Shown here: piece after piece, positions 9,311 through 18,209 of the stretch
Numbering within the stretch: position 1 is the first letter of the stretch
How the letters are laid out: every line of letters starts with the position of its first letter
Assembly: GCA_050953885.1 (NCBI GenBank)
Contig: JBMNNJ010000002.1
Span: 124,140-188,139, forward strand
Length of the DNA stretch: 64,000 bases
Direction of reading: 5' to 3'
From: Patescibacteria group bacterium
Lineage (GTDB): Bacteria > Patescibacteriota > Microgenomatia > 0-14-0-10-38-17
Made by a program: the position numbers and the translations under genes
The notes under the pieces: model-generated
What the model was told of the DNA's origin: nothing
What the model saw: the letters and a program-made list of their open reading frames with translations, nothing else
Databases searched by the model: none

Positions 9311-11107
9311 ATGGACAATTCTCTTCTTTCCTCTCTTAACCCTCAACAACAAAAAGCGGTTCTTTTTGGCAACGGCCCCCTGCTGGTTTTGGCCGGCGCT
9401 GGCAGCGGCAAAACCCGCGTTTTAACTCATCGCGTTGCCTACCTTGTTGGCGAAAAAAAAATTAACCCCCAAAATATTCTTTGTATCACTTTCACCAATA
9501 AGGCTGCCGAGGAAATGAGAGAGCGGCTGCAAGAGCTCTTGCCCGGCCAAAATTTGCCTTTTGCCGGCACTTTTCACGCTTTCTGCGTTTCTGTTTTGCG
9601 CCGGGAAGCAAGAGCAATTAACCTTTCCCCCCATTTTGTGATTTGGGACGAAACCGACCAACTGGCCGCCATAAGAAAAATCCTCAAGAAAAAAGGCCAA
9701 GATTATCAGCCTTCTTCTGTTCTTAGCGCCATATCGCAAGCTAAAAACGAGCTTATCTCGGCCCTTGAATATCCTCAATATGCCCGCAATTCTTTCCAAG
9801 AGTTGGTAGCCGAAGTTTATCTTGCCTATCAAAAAGAACTAAAGCTTGCCCAAGCTCTGGACTTCGATGATCTGTTGGTAGAAACCGTCAGGCTTTTTCA
9901 AAACTATCCCGAAATTTTAGGAAAATACCAAGAACGCTACCAGTATATTTTTGTTGATGAATATCAAGACACCAACGCCGCCCAATATTTTCTCACCAAA
10001 GCCTTAGCCGGCCGCCATCAGAATCTTTTTGCCGTTGGCGATATAGCGCAGTCGATCTATTCGTGGCGAGGAGCCGATTATCATAATGTTTTACGCCTTA
10101 AAGATGACTTTCCTAATTTAACGGTGATCAACTTAGAGCAAAATTATCGCTCCACCCAAAATATTCTTGACGCCGCCTATGGTGTTATCTCCCAAAACCA
10201 TTCCCATCCGGTTCTTCATCTTTGGACCCAAAAAGAGAAGGGCGAAAAAATTTGCCTTTATAACGGCGCCAGCGAAGAAGATGAGGCTCGTTTTATTGCC
10301 GAAAAAATTATTGAACTTACCCAAAAAGGTTATCAAAACAATCAAATGGCTATTCTTTACCGCACCAACGCCCAGTCAAGAATTTTAGAAGAAGTTTTAC
10401 TTCGTTATAATCTTAATTATAAATTAATCGGCGGCGTTCGTTTTTACGAAAGACGGGAAGTTAAGGATGTTTTGGCTTTCTTGCGCGCTTTGGTTAACCC
10501 CCAAGATTCTCTTGCCTGGCAAAGAATCGAAAAAATTGGTAAAAGAATTAAAGGAAAATGGGAAAAATTTAGCCAAGAAAACAAGCCCTCCCGAGAACTT
10601 GAAAGCGCAAAATTGGTAAAGCTCGCCTTAGAAGAAAGCGGCTATCTTGGAAAACTTAACCCCGAAAAAGAAGAAGATCTTTCCCGAATAGAAAATATTA
10701 AAGAGCTGATTAGTGTGGCCCAAAATTTTCCCAATGTTGATGATTTTCTTGCCAATATTGCTTTGATGGAAGAAGAATATTTCCCTCAAGGAAAGCTTGA
10801 AAGCCAAAACAGCCAAGTCGCAGCGGTTAACCTGATGACTCTTCATCGGGCTAAGGGAACGGAATTCCCTGTTGTTTTTATTACCGGCCTAGAGGAAGGG
10901 CTCCTGCCTCATTATCGCGCCCTTAACAATCCTCAAGAGCTTGAAGAAGAACGCCGGCTTTGCTACGTTGGTCTCACCCGCGCCCAGGAAAAATTATTTT
11001 TAACCCTTGCCTCAAGGCGGCTTCTTTTTGGCAAAAAAAGCAGTAATCCGCCCTCAAGGTTTTTAAGCAATATCCCGGAAGATTTAATCAACCTTATTAA
11101 TTATTAG
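9311..11107 (+). CDS. UvrD/PcrA/Rep-family ATP-dependent DNA helicase (no intein)
   Basis: Walker A GAGSGKTRVLT, motif Ia TFTNKAAEEM, DEYQDTN, and an intact motif III VGDIAQSIYSWRGA. Confidence 0.8.
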   Translation: MDNSLLSSLNPQQQKAVLFGNGPLLVLAGAGSGKTRVLTHRVAYLVGEKKINPQNILCITFTNKAAEEMRERLQELLPGQNLPFAGTFHAFCVSVLRREARAINLSPHFVIWDETDQLAAIRKILKKKGQDYQPSSVLSAISQAKNELISALEYPQYARNSFQELVAEVYLAYQKELKLAQALDFDDLLVETVRLFQNYPEILGKYQERYQYIFVDEYQDTNAAQYFLTKALAGRHQNLFAVGDIAQSIYSWRGADYHNVLRLKDDFPNLTVINLEQNYRSTQNILDAAYGVISQNHSHPVLHLWTQKEKGEKICLYNGASEEDEARFIAEKIIELTQKGYQNNQMAILYRTNAQSRILEEVLLRYNLNYKLIGGVRFYERREVKDVLAFLRALVNPQDSLAWQRIEKIGKRIKGKWEKFSQENKPSRELESAKLVKLALEESGYLGKLNPEKEEDLSRIENIKELISVAQNFPNVDDFLANIALMEEEYFPQGKLESQNSQVAAVNLMTLHRAKGTEFPVVFITGLEEGLLPHYRALNNPQELEEERRLCYVGLTRAQEKLFLTLASRRLLFGKKSSNPPSRFLSNIPEDLINLINY

Positions 11108-11108
11108 C

Positions 11109-11705
11109 ATGGAGATTCTCTCTTTCAAGCTAGGTCCCTTGGAAACTAACGCCTATCTTGTCTTCTGCCCAAAAACACGGGCCGGCTTAATTATTGACCC
11201 AGCCGATGAGGCTAATTTTCTAAGCGAAAAAATTTTGAGAGAAAAAATTAAACCGCTTGCCATTGTTGCCACCCATGGCCATTTTGATCACCTTCTAGCC
11301 GCTAACGAACTCCAGCTGGCTTTTGACATTCCTTTTTTAATTCATCAAAACGACCAAAAAGTTCTTTCCACCATGCAAAAATCCGCCTCTTGGCATCTTA
11401 GGAGAAAAATGAGCGAGGAGCCGCCAAAAAAATTAAGTTTTCTAAAAGAAGGAGAGGAAATTTGCTTCGGTAAGGAATCGCTAACCGTGATTGAACTTCC
11501 CGGGCACACGCCCGGCAGTATTGGCCTTTATAACTTTTCTCAAAAAATTCTCTTCAGTGGCGACACCATTTTTAAAGATGGGGTGGGGAGAGCTGACTTT
11601 TTCTACAGTTCACCGGAAAATTTAGCGTCCTCGCTTCAAAAGATAAAAGAAAAATTTAGCGGTTTTATGATTTTCCCCGGCCATGGCGAAAGCTTCCGGC
11701 TTTAA
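11109..11705 (+). CDS. MBL-fold metallo-hydrolase (glyoxalase II-like)
   Basis: HGHFDHL metal-binding motif and GHTPGS. Confidence 0.7.
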   Translation: MEILSFKLGPLETNAYLVFCPKTRAGLIIDPADEANFLSEKILREKIKPLAIVATHGHFDHLLAANELQLAFDIPFLIHQNDQKVLSTMQKSASWHLRRKMSEEPPKKLSFLKEGEEICFGKESLTVIELPGHTPGSIGLYNFSQKILFSGDTIFKDGVGRADFFYSSPENLASSLQKIKEKFSGFMIFPGHGESFRL

Positions 11706-11999
11706 TTAAACCGTAGCGCGGATCTCAAATTGGCCAAAGAAGGGATCCTTTTTGATCGCTTTTTTCCCCTTAATTCTTACCTCTTCTACCCGCGCCAAAG
11801 GCGAGCCACGTTTAAGCCAGGAAAGCATTTCTTCAATTTTCTCCCTAGGGCCAACAAGCATTGCCTCTACCCGGCCATCTTTTAAATTCCGCACCCAACC
11901 GGAAAGGCCTAAATTCTCGGCCTTTATTTTGGTAAACATCCGAAAGCCTACCCCTTGTACCCGGCCGGAAACGAAAAGATGAACTTTGAGAAAAGGCAT
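11706..11999 (-). CDS. acyP: Acylphosphatase
   Basis: 97 aa, with [11 protein letters not shown] and [12 protein letters not shown] signatures. Confidence 0.8.
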   Translation of the reverse strand: MPFLKVHLFVSGRVQGVGFRMFTKIKAENLGLSGWVRNLKDGRVEAMLVGPREKIEEMLSWLKRGSPLARVEEVRIKGKKAIKKDPFFGQFEIRATV

Positions 12000-12101
12000 G
12001 ATTAATCAAGCACAATGGGCGATTCATGAATCGCCCCTACAGATTTATTTTCGTTTTAAAACAATTTAACAGTTTAACAGTTATTTTGTGTTATTATAAC
12101 A

Positions 12102-13121
12102 TTGATGCTCGTTAAACCTGTTTCCTCTTCGCAAAAAGAAGACTTTGACCGCTTGGCCACCCATCCCCTCCAGTCATGGGCGTGGGGAGAATTTCGCCAA
12201 AAAATGGGCCAAAAAGTGGCCCGCTTTGGGATCTTTGAAAGCCAGAAAATGGTCGGTTCCTTTCAGCTTTTCTTCCACCATCTCCCTCATCTTTCTTATA
12301 CCGTAGGCTATTTTCCTAAAGGACCAATGCCTACCCCGTTAATAATAAAAACTCTTAAAAAAGTAGGCCAAGAAAACAAAGCCATTTTTATTAAACTGGA
12401 ACCAAATATCCAAAAATCCGAAACCCGATCCGCCAGTAGGCGGACGAAATCCGAAATAAAAAAGTTAGGGCTTATAAAAGGCAAGCCGCTTTTTACCCGC
12501 CACACCATGATTATTAACTTAGAAAAAAGCGAAGAAGAACTAATGGCCGGTTTTGCTTCAAAAACCCGCTATAATATCCGCCTCGCCCAAAAAAGAGGAG
12601 TAAAAATCGTTGAAGATAATTCCCAAAAAGGGTTTGAACAGTACTGGCAATTGATGGAAGAAACCACTAAAAGACAAAAATTTTACGCCCATAACAAGGC
12701 CTACCACCAGCTGATGTGGCAAGAAATGAGCCGCGCCGGCATCGCCCACCTTTTAAAAGCAGTTTACCAAAAAGAAACTCTGGCCGCTTGGATTCTTTTT
12801 GCCTTTAACGGCGTTCTTTATTATCCTTATGGGGCTTCAACGCGGCGCCATCAGGAAGTAATGGCCTCAAATTTAATGATGTGGGAGGCAATTCGCTTGG
12901 GAAAAAGATTGGGTTGCAAAAAGTTTGATTTATGGGGAACCCCGGGACCCGATCCAAAACCCGATGACCCCTGGTTTGGTTTTCACCGTTTCAAGATGGG
13001 CTACCGGCCGGAAATTGTTGAATTTATCGGCACTTACGATTTAGTCCTCCGCCCTGTTTTCTATCAATTTTATCTTTGGGCTGACAAAGTTCGCTGGCAA
13101 TTTTTGCGCCTTAAAGCCTAA
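12102..13121 (+). CDS. FemAB-family aminoacyltransferase-like protein (peptidoglycan interpeptide bridge formation family)
   Basis: 339 aa. KTRYNIRLAQKRGVKIVE and overall FemAB/GNAT-fold resemblance; family assignment made by eye. Confidence 0.5.
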   Translation: MMLVKPVSSSQKEDFDRLATHPLQSWAWGEFRQKMGQKVARFGIFESQKMVGSFQLFFHHLPHLSYTVGYFPKGPMPTPLIIKTLKKVGQENKAIFIKLEPNIQKSETRSASRRTKSEIKKLGLIKGKPLFTRHTMIINLEKSEEELMAGFASKTRYNIRLAQKRGVKIVEDNSQKGFEQYWQLMEETTKRQKFYAHNKAYHQLMWQEMSRAGIAHLLKAVYQKETLAAWILFAFNGVLYYPYGASTRRHQEVMASNLMMWEAIRLGKRLGCKKFDLWGTPGPDPKPDDPWFGFHRFKMGYRPEIVEFIGTYDLVLRPVFYQFYLWADKVRWQFLRLKA

Positions 13122-14190
13122 CTATCTCCCCCTGCCAACCCTGTCGAGCCTCGGTGGCGCTCACCAGCACTTGATTTCCCTCAAGTTCTTTAATCACCAG
13201 TTCCTCAAAGTTTTCGTCTAATTCGGAAAAAATATCATCTAAAAGCAGCACCGGCTTTTCTTTTTTCACCTTTTCCCAAAAAGCAAGTTGACCTAATTTA
13301 AGCCATAAAACCCCCAGCCGTTGTTCTCCCCGGGAGCCAAAAAGGGCTAAATCCCGCTCGTTTTTTAAAACCAAGAAATTATCGCGGTGCGGACCCACCA
13401 AAGTTTTTCCCAGTAAAATTTCCAACTCTTTTTTCTCTTCCAAGCGCGCCGGTGAGATAACATTTTTTTCGTAAACCGCTCTCATCTTTCCCCAAGGGGA
13501 TTCTTTCTGATTTAAAAACTCTAAAAATTCTTCTCTTTTTTGGGCAATTTTCTCCCCATTTTCCACCAAAAGATGATCATAGAAAAATAACGATTTGGGG
13601 GTGGTTCTTTTCTCCCGAATTTGTTCCAAAATCTTGTTGCGCGCCCGAAGGCCCCGCTGGTAAGAAGAAAGACAACGATAATATTCCCGATCAGCCGAAG
13701 AAAGCACCTCATCTAAAAAATTGCGCCTCAACGCGGGCGAATCAATAATCACTTCCAAATCCTCCGGCCGAAAAATAACCGCCAAAAAATTACCCAAAAA
13801 ATTGCCTTTAGTCTTGGCCACACCGTTAACCAGCCACCGACTTAAAACCGTCCTCTGGCCTCCCACCTGACCGTTGGTTAAAACTATCTGCAGCTGTCGC
13901 TTTTCCTCGCCACCAACCCTTGCCTCAAGATGAGCCACTTCCTGCCCAAAATGAACCATTTCCTCAATTTTCTTAGCCCGAAAACTTTGCCCGGAAGAAA
14001 AAAGATAAATTGCTTCCAGAAGATTTGTTTTGCCCGCCGTATTTGGACCAACAATTAAATTCTTCCCCTCCGCAAAAGAAAATTCTCTCTCCTCAAAGTT
14101 GCGAAAATTTTTTAACTTAATTTTTTCTAAAATCATTCTTATATTATATACGATTATACTTAAGCACGCTAATAGCGCCCTCTTAATCAC
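13111..14190 (-). CDS. recF: DNA replication and repair protein RecF
   Basis: N-terminus LEKIKLKNFRNF, Walker A GPNTAGKTNLLEAI, and C-terminal LLLDDIFSELD. Confidence 0.85.
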   Translation of the reverse strand: MIKRALLACLSIIVYNIRMILEKIKLKNFRNFEEREFSFAEGKNLIVGPNTAGKTNLLEAIYLFSSGQSFRAKKIEEMVHFGQEVAHLEARVGGEEKRQLQIVLTNGQVGGQRTVLSRWLVNGVAKTKGNFLGNFLAVIFRPEDLEVIIDSPALRRNFLDEVLSSADREYYRCLSSYQRGLRARNKILEQIREKRTTPKSLFFYDHLLVENGEKIAQKREEFLEFLNQKESPWGKMRAVYEKNVISPARLEEKKELEILLGKTLVGPHRDNFLVLKNERDLALFGSRGEQRLGVLWLKLGQLAFWEKVKKEKPVLLLDDIFSELDENFEELVIKELEGNQVLVSATEARQGWQGEIVRL

Positions 14191-14403
14191 AAAATTGTCC
14201 GCTTACACAAGACATTAAAATTAATAATGCGGACGGGGCATAAATAAAGCGGCGCATTTTAAAGCGCGCCAATTCCAGCACAAACAGCCTGCCTGCCACA
14301 AGAGGAAAGTTTACTACCAGCAAACGGCAGAATAAATTGCATCTCAACCGCAAATAACAAAATAAGATAAATATAAGAATCAAAAGGAGGATGTCTCCAT
14401 AAT

Positions 14404-14482
14404 TTCTGAAATGCTTTAGATCATTTCAGAAATTACAAAAAGAGTGGAATTACTAGCAATTAAATGCTTTAGAGCATTTCGT
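14404..14482. promoter_or_regulatory. Two copies of the GAAATGCTTTA(A/G)A(G/T)CATTTC palindrome, in the recF upstream region and downstream of the YerC-like gene
   Basis: 14404-14431 TTCTGAAATGCTTTAGATCATTTCAGAA and 14463-14482 AAATGCTTTAGAGCATTTCG. Confidence 0.4.
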
Positions 14483-14567
14483 AATATAAAGATTTTTTAA
14501 TGCTATAAGACGCTATTAATACTTAAGAGTATCGGAGGCAAAGGGTTTGGGTCTTAAAAGAAAGAAG

Positions 14568-15032
14568 TTATTTTTTCTCTTTAGGAGGAAGAATGCCTAA
14601 TTCTTCTAAAATCCGGTCAACTTGAGGATGAGAAACCGGCCGGAAACGGTCGGCGGCCATCTTTTTATCAATTTTTTCCTGCCTTGCCTCCTCTTCTTGG
14701 GGGTAAATAAAAATTAAATAAATTGCCCTTGCCAATTCCAGTTGGGAAAAAAGCAACTGGTGAATTTTGCTAATGGTGTTAGAACTGGTATTAATTTCCT
14801 TCTCAATTTTCCGATAATCCTTGCCTGCTAACAATAGAATCGCTATTTGCAACCTTTTAGCCAGAATTTCTTTTTCCTGGGGGCTTAAAAAAATCTCCAA
14901 GAATAGTTGCTGCTCAAAAGAAGATTCCAGTGATTCTAAAAATAGGCCAAAGTTCGCTAAAATTTTTTCTTTTATTGTTCGCGGAAGCGGTTCTTTAGGC
15001 AGGCGACTCATTATAATTCCATAATAAAACAA
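14568..15032 (-). CDS. TrpR-related YerC/YecD-family DNA-binding protein
   Basis: LSPQEKEILAKRLQIAILLLAGKDYRKIEKEINTSSNTISKI matches the YerC/YecD helix-turn-helix region. Confidence 0.6.
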   Translation of the reverse strand: MFYYGIIMSRLPKEPLPRTIKEKILANFGLFLESLESSFEQQLFLEIFLSPQEKEILAKRLQIAILLLAGKDYRKIEKEINTSSNTISKIHQLLFSQLELARAIYLIFIYPQEEEARQEKIDKKMAADRFRPVSHPQVDRILEELGILPPKEKK

Positions 15033-15092
15033 AAACCTTTTCCCTTACAACTACTAAATTATCCCAAGCTAATTAGTTATTAGAAAAAAACC

Positions 15093-15114
15093 CGAAATGC
15101 TTTAAAGCATTTCG
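15093..15114. promoter_or_regulatory. Perfect 22-bp palindrome CGAAATGCTTTAAAGCATTTCG, ~60 bp upstream of the YerC/TrpR-like gene (candidate operator)
   Basis: The palindrome is perfect. It belongs to the same motif family as 14404, 14463 and 57585. Confidence 0.4.
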
Positions 15115-15179
15115 GAATATAAAAATTTAAAAAACACTAACCCAAAGGGCCAAAATATTATTTTCCCAACGGTTTTGCT

Positions 15180-16043
15180 TTATTTTTGACAACGGGGGCA
15201 AAAAAAGGTACCGCGACCGCCTAAATTAATTCGCTGAATTGTTCCCCTTCCACAACGCGGGCAGGATTTACCTGCCTGCTGATAAACCCTTAAGTAACGC
15301 TGATAACCGCCCGGCGTGGCATCGGGCTTAACGTAAGCATCATCGGCGGCACTGGTTCCCCCCGCCTTAATTGCCGCTTTAAGAATTTTAACAATCGCTT
15401 GATAAAGCTTACCAATTTCTTGACTCGTCAGGCTATTAGCCGGCCGACGGGGGTCAATGCCGGCCTCAAAAAGAGCCTCGTTGGCATAAATATTTCCCAA
15501 GCCGGCAATCTTTTTCTGATCCATTAAGACAATTTTTATCGCCCGGCGAGTTTTTGAAAAAATATCTTGGAGATATTCAAGAGTAAACTTTTCTTCCAAA
15601 GGTTCCGGCCCGTATTCTTCTTCTTTCTGCTCCAATTTCTGGTCAGGAATTACTTTTATCCAGCCAAACTTGCGCAAATCATTAAAAAAAAGCTTGCTTC
15701 CATCGGCAAATTCAATAATAATCCGGGTGGTTTTCCCCGGCAGTTTATTATCAGCAAAGGGAAGAGAAGAAGGCAAAACCAGTTCCTCTTTTAAACAATG
15801 ATCGGCAAAAAAAATAATCTGGCCGGTAAGTTTTAGATGGATTAGAAGAGTTAAGTTATTATCCAAAACAAACCCTAAAGTTTTGGCCCGCCGAAAAACT
15901 TTTTCCACTTTGGCGCCGATAATCTGCTTTGGATCGCCAATGAATTGCTTTTTCTCCAAAATTTTAACCGCGACAACTTTTTTGCCTACTAAACTTTTAG
16001 AAAGATAGCGCCTGATGGTTTCGACTTCCGGTAGTTCGGGCAT
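15180..16043 (-). CDS. mutM: Formamidopyrimidine-DNA glycosylase (Fpg/MutM)
   Basis: N-terminal MPELPEVE (catalytic Pro2/Glu3) and a C-terminal zinc finger CPRCG…CPRC. Confidence 0.85.
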   Translation of the reverse strand: MPELPEVETIRRYLSKSLVGKKVVAVKILEKKQFIGDPKQIIGAKVEKVFRRAKTLGFVLDNNLTLLIHLKLTGQIIFFADHCLKEELVLPSSLPFADNKLPGKTTRIIIEFADGSKLFFNDLRKFGWIKVIPDQKLEQKEEEYGPEPLEEKFTLEYLQDIFSKTRRAIKIVLMDQKKIAGLGNIYANEALFEAGIDPRRPANSLTSQEIGKLYQAIVKILKAAIKAGGTSAADDAYVKPDATPGGYQRYLRVYQQAGKSCPRCGRGTIQRINLGGRGTFFCPRCQK

Positions 16044-16084
16044 AGAAAGAAAAATAAATTGCTAAATGGTCAAATTGTTAAATT

Positions 16085-16115
16085 GTTGCAGGCTTGTAGG
16101 GGCGTATTGCATACG
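16085..16115. repeat. GC-rich hairpin GGCTTGTAGGGGCGTATTGCATACGCCCG (second copy, inverted, at 50521-50556)
   Basis: 8-bp arms GGGCGTAT/ATACGCCC; it sits in the mutM upstream region. Confidence 0.55.
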
Positions 16116-16188
16116 CCCGCAACAATATAGCAATTTAACAATTTAACAATATAGCAATGAATTCCACCGCTTTTTATTTCAAAAAAAA

Positions 16189-17304
16189 TTAACCAAGATT
16201 AACAACTTTATCAACAAATCGCTTTATCTCCCTCTCAAACCTTTCTTGACTAAATTTTCGGGCTTGCTTAATACAATCCTCGCTATTATAGAGTGTATCA
16301 TTAAAACTTGCCAAAACACGAGCAAGGGAAGAGACAGTGGGTTTTTCAAAAAACTCCCCGGTTTTACCGGGAATAATTGTTTCCAAAACTCCACCGGAAG
16401 AAAAAGCAATTACCGGCCGGCCGGCGGCCATCGCCTCCACCGGCACAATGCCAAAGTCTTCCTCCTGCGCCGGAAAAATAAAAGCCCGGCAGCGCTGATA
16501 TAAAGAAACCAACTGGGCATCATTCACCTCTCCCAAAAATTCCACCTTTCCCCCCTGAGCCATTTTCTTAAGTTCTTCTCCGTAGTCGCCAAAAGGGCGA
16601 CCAAAAACTTTAAGCGGCAAACCCAACTTAACACAAGCTTTAATCGCCAAATCAATCCGCTTGGCACGCGCCAGCCGACCCCCGGCCAAAAAATAATTTT
16701 CTACTTTAACTTTTTTTGGGGGGATAAATTTTTCCACCGCCACCGGCGGATAAATCACCCGGCTTTCCCGGCGGTAAAACTTTTTAATTCTGGCAGCGGT
16801 ATTTTGGGAATTGGCTATAAAATAATCTACCTTTTGGGCGGCTTCAAAATCTTTTTGGCGCAAAAAATGGTTTACCAACTGCCCGGCAATTCTGCCCCAC
16901 CAGTGTTTTTGCCAATTTCGCGCCGTCGGGTAGCCATATAGAAACCGTGGCGGCGTATGGCAGTAACAAAAATGAGCTCCTTTCTTGGTTTTTACCAAAT
17001 TTGGCTGATAAGCGCCGGTTGAAGAAACAATTACCACTTCAAAATCGGTTAAGTTAAGATGAGAAAAATAATGAGGGGTAAGAAGACGAAAGGGGCTAAT
17101 CAGGTGATCGGCCAAAGGAAGCTTTCCTACCCACCAGCTTTTCACCGGCCATTTTTCAATCCGCTGGCGGTGAGGGCCGAGAAAGCGGGGAAAATAAAAA
17201 GCGGTATAAATTTCGCTTTGCGGCCAAATTTCTCGCAAGGCCTCCAAAACCCTCTCCGCCCCCCCATATTCTTTAAGATAATCATGAACTAAGGCAACTC
17301 TCAT
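16189..17304 (-). CDS. GT4 (group 1) glycosyltransferase
   Basis: MRVALVHDYLKEYGGAERV N-terminus, and EDFGIVPVEAMAAGRPVIA C-terminal sugar-donor binding region. Confidence 0.75.
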   Translation of the reverse strand: MRVALVHDYLKEYGGAERVLEALREIWPQSEIYTAFYFPRFLGPHRQRIEKWPVKSWWVGKLPLADHLISPFRLLTPHYFSHLNLTDFEVVIVSSTGAYQPNLVKTKKGAHFCYCHTPPRFLYGYPTARNWQKHWWGRIAGQLVNHFLRQKDFEAAQKVDYFIANSQNTAARIKKFYRRESRVIYPPVAVEKFIPPKKVKVENYFLAGGRLARAKRIDLAIKACVKLGLPLKVFGRPFGDYGEELKKMAQGGKVEFLGEVNDAQLVSLYQRCRAFIFPAQEEDFGIVPVEAMAAGRPVIAFSSGGVLETIIPGKTGEFFEKPTVSSLARVLASFNDTLYNSEDCIKQARKFSQERFEREIKRFVDKVVNLG

Positions 17305-17315
17305 TATAAAAATTT

Positions 17316-18209
17316 TTAAAATAACCTCGCCTGGTTAACGTTTTTCTTTTCTTTTTTCTTTTTTTGACCCAGAAAGGAGCGGAAACCTAAATTTTTAAAA
17401 AAATCTTCTGTCTCCTTTTTCTCCCAATTACCAAAACGAAAATCATCTAACTTTACCCGCAAAGGCACATCCTTCCTCACCATGGCCAATTCTTGTGATA
17501 AAAAAGCCGCCTCCCGTCCTTTTTCTAGCTTTTCCCGCAAAGAAGGGGGCTCGATTTTGGCTAAATTTTGATAAATTTGTTCAAGCGAACCGTATTCTTG
17601 AAGCAATTTTTGGGCGGTTTTTGGCCCCACTCCCGCCACCCCGGGATAATTATCGGAAGAGTCGCCGGCTAAAGCCTTGTAATCCACCACTTGCTCCGGT
17701 TTTATCCCTAAAATTTTCTCTACCTCTTTTTCTTTTACTAAAAGAGGAGTGGAAAGCCCTCGTTGGGGGAAATAAAGAGAAACTTGCTTGTCTACCAATT
17801 GCATTAAATCCCGATCGCCGGTGACAATAAAAACTTCGGCCCCTTTTTTAAATTTTTCCGCCAGAGTGCCTAAGAGATCGTCCGCTTCAAAACCTTCTTT
17901 TTCCAGCTTTTTTATTCCCATCACCACCAAAGCCTCCTTTGCTAAGCTGATTTGGTCGGCAAGCTCTTCGTCCATTTTCGGCCGTTTTGCCTGATAACCG
18001 ACAAATTTTTGGTGCCGAAAAGTAGGCTTGGGGGTGTCAAAGGCGACCGCTAAATAATCAGGTGCTAAATCCTCTCGCAGTTTAAAAAGCATCTTTAAAA
18101 AACCATAAACAGCGTTAACCGGATAGCCCTGCGGTGAAGAAAGAGGGGGAAGAGCATGATAGGCCCGGTGAAGAAGAGCGTGAGCGTCAAGCAAAACTAA
18201 TTTCTTCAT
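17316..18209 (-). CDS. 5'-3' exonuclease (FEN/Pol I N-terminal nuclease domain, standalone)
   Basis: LLDAHALLHRAYHA, GFEADDLLGTLA, and a helix-hairpin-helix region. Confidence 0.75.
   Translation of the reverse strand: MKKLVLLDAHALLHRAYHALPPLSSPQGYPVNAVYGFLKMLFKLREDLAPDYLAVAFDTPKPTFRHQKFVGYQAKRPKMDEELADQISLAKEALVVMGIKKLEKEGFEADDLLGTLAEKFKKGAEVFIVTGDRDLMQLVDKQVSLYFPQRGLSTPLLVKEKEVEKILGIKPEQVVDYKALAGDSSDNYPGVAGVGPKTAQKLLQEYGSLEQIYQNLAKIEPPSLREKLEKGREAAFLSQELAMVRKDVPLRVKLDDFRFGNWEKKETEDFFKNLGFRSFLGQKKKKEKKNVNQARLF

Noticed and set aside
9422-9832. 136-aa minus-strand ORF
   Set aside because: It is antisense inside the N-terminal helicase domain of the UvrD-like gene.
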